Source: an uncultured Chthonomonadaceae bacterium
GTDB lineage: Bacteria > Armatimonadota > Chthonomonadetes > Chthonomonadales > Chthonomonadaceae
Direction of reading: 5' to 3'
DNA length: 64,000 bases
Assembly (NCBI GenBank): GCA_963817895.1
Contig: CAWFQB010000011.1
Coordinates: 297,342 to 361,341, forward strand
Part shown: positions 57,177-64,000 of the stretch, piece by piece
Layout: every line of letters starts with the position of its first letter
How positions within the stretch are numbered: position 1 is the stretch's first letter
The notes under the pieces: generated by a model
Told to the model about the DNA's origin: nothing
Databases searched by the model: none
Seen by the model: the letters and a program-made list of their open reading frames with translations, nothing else
Position numbers and translations under genes: made by a program

Positions 57177-60100
57177 TTGTCGCAAAGTACTGGGCTAGCC
57201 CTCGGCGACCTGGCGTTCCTGCTGTGCGTCTCCGAGGAAAAATCTAATATAAGATGGCCTGCGTTCGAGGAATTTGCACGGAGGTGCTCGCATCATGCAA
57301 TGCATTTATCAATCAAGCCCACCCAGGTGGCCAAGATGTCAGAAGGGGCCGCAGGCAAAGATACGACGGCTCCACCTTCGGCCAGATCGGGGCAGAGCAC
57401 CTCGATCTGTGAACGAAGACGACGCACCGACCGCACACGAGGGCGAGAGGATGGCACAGCAGGCCATGGATGCCTCACAGTCACCGCTTAGAAGGCCTGC
57501 ACGGCCATATGCGTACGAATACCACATGCGTTTTAGGCGATATAAGTTCACAGCTGACCTGCTCTTTGCTTGACAGCGTCGGCTTTTTGGAATGATCACC
57601 TACTTTACAAGGTACTTTGCAGGCACTGGTTTCCATCCCTGTCCAAGGTCGTTGTATGCACAGCGATAGCTATCTCGCAGATGCAAAGGCTGTGGCAGAC
57701 CAGGAATGACAAGGCTGATCGGAAGAGCAGGGATGAAAAAGTCGCAAAGGTAATGCTAATAACGTCCCTCTTCTGCGTGGTGGGCCAATATGCGCGATTT
57801 GATTGTTCCGCACATCATGCAACACAGCCAGAGAGCTCACATTATCATTTCTCCCAGGGAGAGAACCCTGATCATGTTTGCTTAGCAATGCTCCTTGTGA
57901 CAGGAGATGAAAGCACGTTCACCAGGTCTCGTGGATTGCGCTCGATGGATCAATAATGCTGAGTCGGTGGAAGGTGCTACTGCCAGTGCCCTCTTCGCAG
58001 CTGCTGATGTCAATGGGTGAGAGCAAGAGACCCCTCTTGCAAGGTGGTGTATGGTTGACATAATGTTGATTGAGATATAATGAATGCTCCCAGAGGGGGC
58101 ACGTTCCTAAGGAGTATTGCCACTGAAATAGTGGGCCAGCCAAGTCTTGCACCGTGCATGAAGACGTGCTACAAGTCGTGCGCATTCATGCCATGTTTTG
58201 CGAGCTTAGCTGGCCGACTAGTAAGAGCCTCACAGGGCCATCTGTTGAACAACAAAGGCTCCTCGCTGCAGAAGGCACAATAACCTGCTGTCCCACCATG
58301 GATTTTGAGAATGCACGCCCAATTCATTACTTGCGGTAGCGATGTTTCTCAGAGATGTTCAGCAACCAATGTTACAGTAGTCAGCATTGTGAAGAGCATG
58401 AGTTGGCTCTAAAAAGTTGTGAGTGCATGGATATCACTGTGTGCACAGGCAGAAAGGCAGACCCAGACATGCAGCAGGGCCCATGCATGCCAGATAATTA
58501 GTGTCTAAAAGGACTTGGCCAACTCATGCACTTTGCACCCAGCTGTGTAGGTGACATTTGCTGATCCTCTAATTCACCCTGGCTGCCAGGGATGGCCGGG
58601 TGGATCTGCTGGCTGGAGTTCATGGGAACGGGGCAGTCACAAGTGGGCACCACTGGCGACTTCACGATGACTCGCTTGCGGCCGCGCGCAATGTTGCGCT
58701 CGATTTCTTCCTGCTGCTCGGCGCTGACCCAATCAGGCGCGCAACTTCCACCTGGACACGCACATGGTTCGTTTGCACTGACTCAAACTAGGAATCTCAT
58801 GAAGTGGCTACCAGGTCAGGCGTCCACAAGTATTTGCAAATGCCATCTGAGACTGGTTCCAAGGCTCTGGGGTAATATTGGGCTTATTCACAACAGTGCT
58901 TTACGGGACAACATTAGCGCCCCAAAAGTAAGAGTTGACATGATAACACGAGTATTCAAATAAGCGACTAAAATTGCTCAATGCGTCTGCTTGTCAGGGG
59001 TCTGGACCAGAGACAATTCAGTAAGTTCCTGCAGGCATGGTGCCTACAGGGCGGCTGGGGCCTAAAAGCCATCTTTGATGATTTGATGAGGCTCCTGGGC
59101 GCCCCTGATCACCTACGGCATGCACAGGTGAAGCCTGTGGCCGTTCAACACATGTTGTTACCTTTGTTGCTATAGATCAGAATCCAGCAGCAGGAGGTCA
59201 CATGCACAGGCCCCAGCAGTAGGAGGTCAACGTGTACAGGCCAGTGCGGCGAGTGCAAGTGCACGTAAACAAGTGACCTTCACTTGCTCCCCTGCTTCCG
59301 TCAGCTGGCTTTGGTGCAAGAGGCTTCTTGGAGAGAAAGACAAACAGTAATATCCATGTAAGTACATCTGTCCATCATAACATATACTATCAGATCGTTT
59401 GATTGCATAGGAGTGGTGATCTTCTCCCCAAGAAGCTTGCTTGAACCATGTCAGCTACTTTGAGTAGCATACACGAATGAGAATATTTGATTCTACATGG
59501 CTCGCAAACTAGTCTGTGGCCCAATAGCTGATCTGGGTCAGCCAAGATGAGATTGTGGGATACTGAAAAGGTCTTAGCATCCACATGGCCGCTCTTTGTT
59601 GAGTTCTTGTTGGGGGGGCTGCATGACAAGGAGGCAGCCGAGGGCATACAGGCGGCTGCGGCGACACCTGCAGCGGTGCTGGATTGGATGGAACGCCGCC
59701 GACCGGACCTGGTGTTCAACCTGTGGGCATCCGGCGGTGCCGCTGGCCGAGCGCCCCTGTGCGATGCGCTGTCATGGTGAGTCATCCCTTAGTCGCTGGA
59801 GGGGGCTTCCCGCCTCATATATATGCTGGTGGATCAGCACTGTGTTTAATTTAGGATGTCAGTCGGGTCTTACTTCCAGGACATCTGTTCAGCACGCCTC
59901 CAGCATGCAGGTGCCATTGATCGAGGATTCCCCTGATCTTTGGCATCCTTGACGGTTGAGGCGTGTGGACTGATGGCCATGAAGTATGACCAAGCATCCT
60001 CAATTGTGGTGAATTATAAGGATACTGTGAAATAGCAGCTGTTATTAGGACATCTTGATGGAGATAATGGTTCCTAGTGAGAATGCGAGCACCAAGCATT

Positions 60101-60900
60101 CTGCCTGGTGCTCAGCCTACAAGAGCGCAGTCCGGAGGCACCACAGTTTGGTCTCACTTCTTGATGGTGAGCATGCATACCCCTTCAGTGTGTCGTTGCA
60201 TGGCGCGCAGGTTCCTGTCGCATGTGTCGGAGGAGAGCATCAGGGCCGGGGGCGGCAGCGCGGCGGCTGCGCGCCGATTCCTTGCGGCCGAGCGGCGGCG
60301 GCCCGGGTCCCCGGACCTGGCGCGTCCGGACTTTGCCTTCCTGGCGCAGCGCTTTGCTGAGCTTGCGGGACAGTCCAAGCGCAAGGTATGCTCCTCATTC
60401 CTTGCACCTTTGTGACTGCTGGATATATGTGTGCGCCCCACATCAGGGCGTGAGGTGAATGTCTGGTCAGGCGTGCTTGTAGGAGTGCTGGAGAGAGAGC
60501 ATTGTTTGCTCAGCAAACGGTTCAGAGAAGCCGATAGAGAACAGTGTGAAAAGCCAGTAAACAAGGTGTCTGCTAGCATGTTTGGAGTACTGTTACTGGC
60601 CAGAATACAGTTACCGTCTCTGAAAGAGACACCTTGTAGCCTAGTAGGCGGGGTGTCAGAAGTGCACTTTTGGGAGAAGTCTGCATGCATGCAGCAGTGA
60701 GAAGGGGAGAGCATATGGCATGCAGGTGAATGACTACCTGATGGCGCTCGCTGTGAACGGCATGATGGGAGGACAGCCATCAACAGGCACTGTCTTGAGG
60801 CAGGACATGGCAAACTGGGTGCAGCAGAGATGACCTTATCCGGGATCAACATCGCTCAATTTTCCTGCAAAGAGTGTGCCGATGATGCTGGCAAGAGGTC
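57177..60900 (+). CDS. Hypothetical multi-exon protein (limits approximate)
   Basis: GC-rich exon blocks bounded by AG/GT near 57177, 58590, 58998, 59528, 60211 and 60727; no recognised family. Confidence 0.4.
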
Positions 60901-61221
60901 ACACAGAAACACAATGCGCTTTGCAGAGTGAAGGTATAGGGAGTAGATATTAACTGTAGAGGGGAGACCCCCTTCAGGGACTTTCCTTGTGCTCCTGTGG
61001 GAGCACTGACATCCCTCTCGTAACCATCATGGTATCACCTAAGTAATGGCTTCTCCTGGCTTCCCTATTATTGTTCGTTCCATTGTCGCAGCAGAAAAAC
61101 TGATTGTAAGATTGAGTTCCAAGCAGCGGTCATCAAGGCCTCGTGTTTGACGCATCCTGCGGACCTGAAGACGTTCTTCCAAGGAACCTGATCAACGGTG
61201 TACCATTCTTGCATATCGACT

Positions 61222-64000
61222 ATGTCGGCCGATTTTAAGAGCATCACATCAAAAGTTAGCGTTGTCATAATAGGAGGAGGCTTCGGAGGTTTGGCAACCG
61301 CAGTGGCGCTTAACAAGGTGCCAGGGTGCCCCAGAATTGCCACTGGCGTGCAGTTCCACAAAGTCTTCTACATCAGTGTGAGTTGTCGGGTACTTCACAT
61401 GTCATCCGTTACGAGAATTTCTTACCACCCGCAGGTTGGTGTGCCTTCTATTGTGCTCGTAAAAGTCTCGGCATGCGCGTTCGGAAGGCTTTTCCATCGG
61501 GGTCTTCACGAACGGGTGGAGGGCTTTGGACGAGTTAGGTGCAGGCGACGACCTCCGTGCAGAGTTTCTCCGCATGGAGAAGTGAGATCCTGCCATTCCA
61601 CTGCTACATCGCCAAGCGAGCACCAGCTGAATGTCAACATGTCTCTTGTCTTTGCCCCCTAAGGGGCTCCAAACCCCTCATTTCCAACATGATCGGACTG
61701 TGCTGCTGCAGATACGAGCTTTGTGAGCCGTCTGAGCCGTACTGGCCGGCTTTCCCTTCAGCGAATGCCCGCCACCCTCATACCGCCCCGACCATGAAAT
61801 GAGGAATTATGATGCGCGAGGCCATACAGGAGTATCACAGAGAAGTTGCCTCCCGGGACAATCCATTTTGATGCAGGCGCTGTAGACGTCAACGCCACCT
61901 CCACAGGTGAGTGCATCAGCCGGGGTATCATGTGCCTTCCCATCCAGAACGCTCTTGAAACTTGGCCTCCACAACCCTCCTGAGACTATGCATGGGTCCC
62001 TACCTAAGCCAGGAATCAGTTTTGTCCTGCGCATTCCTGACAGCGCTTTGGCATCATCTTGTCATGTAGGATTTCCTCCAGTCCAGGACACCTCCCTGGA
62101 TTGCATTTTCTCACTCGGGTTACCCATCTTGCGAAAACCACCGCTGTACTGCCCCTCAGCACACGACAACACTTACATTGCCTGCTTTGCGCAGGTGCCG
62201 AGGTCACTCTGGACAATGGGAGCAAGCTGCAGTGCAGGATCTTGCTACGCAGGATGGCGTGCACAGCAAGACGGCTGCCAAGCTGCACAAGGCCCAGTTG
62301 GAGTACATGCACACAGTGGGCTGGAGGTGCATGCTCGGTCCCACCCCAACACATAAGCATTGCACCTTTGGCACACTTCTGCAACCATCAGAGACTATGA
62401 AACCCTTCCCATTGGGTCGGTGGCCCTGTGATATGTCTCATGACAGAGTTCTGCTGCACAAGGTTGTTTTTGGCTACATTGCAGTCAATCAGCCAGCCAG
62501 CCACTTCAGGTTATATGTATGGCCACCGCCTGATGGCGAGCAGCCAACAGAACAGCCGAAAGATCTGTTACAAGGAATAGTCTTGACAAGTCAAGCTGAT
62601 GGAGCACAGGCATCCCAGACATGTGTGGCCGTACAGGGCCATCGTGGAGATTGACTGCGAAGAACTGCCACACCCAACCGCCAGGCTGGCGCAGGGGGAT
62701 GGAGTTACGCACCGGCTGCATTCCAGTGAAGTACGATGCTGCGCGCAAGAAGGCGCTCTGGTACTGGTTCATTGCCTGCGGCGCCGAGGCTGACGTGAGA
62801 CACCTGACTGCGTTCTCACCTAAGAAAAACAGTGCACACCCATGGAGGAGGAGTGTGTCATGTTGTAGCACGCTACCATGTCACCGCGGACAAATCTTCA
62901 CAGACCTGCTGTTTGGTATCATCTCTACTAGGGCGAGAGAGGTCTATGTCCCTATTCAGGGGAGATTGTAGCAACGACCTAAAGAAGTGACATGTTGTAT
63001 CCAGCAGTTTGAGTGCGCTGCAGTAGCCCTCCTGTACTTTTCAAGCAACCCCGCTGTCACCACACTGTTTCATACTGACAAGGAAGCAATGTCAAAGCAT
63101 CCCCTTTGCTGGTTTTGGGAGACTGCCAATGCGGCAGTGCTGTGTCTGACAGAGGGACAATGACTGTGTTGTGTTGCAACAGGAGGATTTTGGTGACATG
63201 GGGCAGCAGAAGGAAACGATGAAGCGGCTGGTGAAGGGATGGACTGTGGGTAACCTGCAACAGCTGCTGGAGGCAACGCCCCTCGACCAGATCAAGCTCA
63301 GCAAAATCTACCAGAGGTGACTCAATCTTATAATGTTGCGGGTCTCATCCGGGACATCATACCAGTACAGCCTCCTCAACAGTTGTGACGAATTGGTGAG
63401 CTTTTAAATTGGGCGCACTTTCTCGAACTTGTGAGAGCCTAGTCGTCTGAAGCTGTACTTCTGGCCCGATCACTAGCGCCCTCCTTCAGCCCAACATCAC
63501 TCAGGAAAATTCATTCAGTCTATCTGCCTTTTACTGCAGCTGCAGAGATCATGCACCATGCATGATAGTTCTTGCACCAGCTACAGACCTCCAAGTACAT
63601 CAGAGTACTGCGCCACCGCTTGACTGCTGGTGGTTTTGACATGACATGACTCTGGACATCAGGAAGCTCATTCATGTGTTGGAGCACTTCATGCAGCTGC
63701 TGCCAACCAAGGCACTTCCATCCATCTAGTCAGAATTCCATGGTGCTGCTGCAGGCAAGTGGTGGGTGGCCAGCCCTGGTTTGATGGCTGTATCACTGGC
63801 GTGGGGGATGCAGACCCCACGCCACCAGTTTTGCCTTTTGGGACAGGGAGGCGCCATGGCTCTGGAGGTGAGCCGCTCTCTCCCCATTTGCCTTCACCTG
63901 AAAGAGGACTGAGGGCCATAAAGCACATGAGGAAGAACCTGCATCATGCTTCTATTCTGTATAGCCAACTGGGACTCAACCTGTCGCACTGATGCATGTT
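61222..64000 (+). CDS. FAD-dependent monooxygenase (UbiH/salicylate hydroxylase/zeaxanthin epoxidase-like), multi-exon, runs off the window
   Basis: VIIGGGFGGLATAVAL, NGWRALDELG, DGVHS and GVGDA fingerprints. Confidence 0.8.

Noticed and set aside
36084..64000. Most six-frame ORFs in the right half
   Set aside because: They are exon-plus-intron read-throughs or random frames; only motif-bearing exons were used.

Overview
The window joins two unrelated genomes near position 35,960-36,100. Positions 1-~35,950 are a gene-dense, GC-rich bacterial segment with Shine-Dalgarno sites. Four DUF1559 prepilin/H-X9-DG genes and a PEP-CTERM gene suggest Armatimonadota (inference). In order it carries three tandem pilin-like genes, two with Pho-box-like promoters; rex-sirC-hemA-ccsA; a sugar isomerase; a SurA-like chaperone; a degenerate rsmI; a polysaccharide/dTDP-rhamnose operon; and a STAND-ATPase regulator followed by ferritin-like, PEP-CTERM, DUF4331, TPR and Ni/Co-transporter genes. 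Many gene junctions hold hairpins built from inverted 7-9-mer tandem arrays, using at least six different repeat units, and there is a 102-bp IS5-like MITE. Positions ~36,000-64,000 are eukaryotic, intron-rich DNA, probably from a green alga (inference). It holds a truncated MATE transporter, CFAP45, a secreted Pro/Ala/Ser-rich protein with a Cys-rich domain, a bacterial-like GH2, a patatin, an unknown protein and an FAD monooxygenase. Single-base frameshifts are common in both halves and look like long-read errors. The best candidates for an undescribed system are the DUF4331/TPR/Ni-Co cluster with predicted N-terminal His metal sites, the inverted repeat-array elements, and the Pho-box-controlled pilin-like genes. 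All calls come from reading motifs by eye; no searches were run, and eukaryotic gene limits are approximate.
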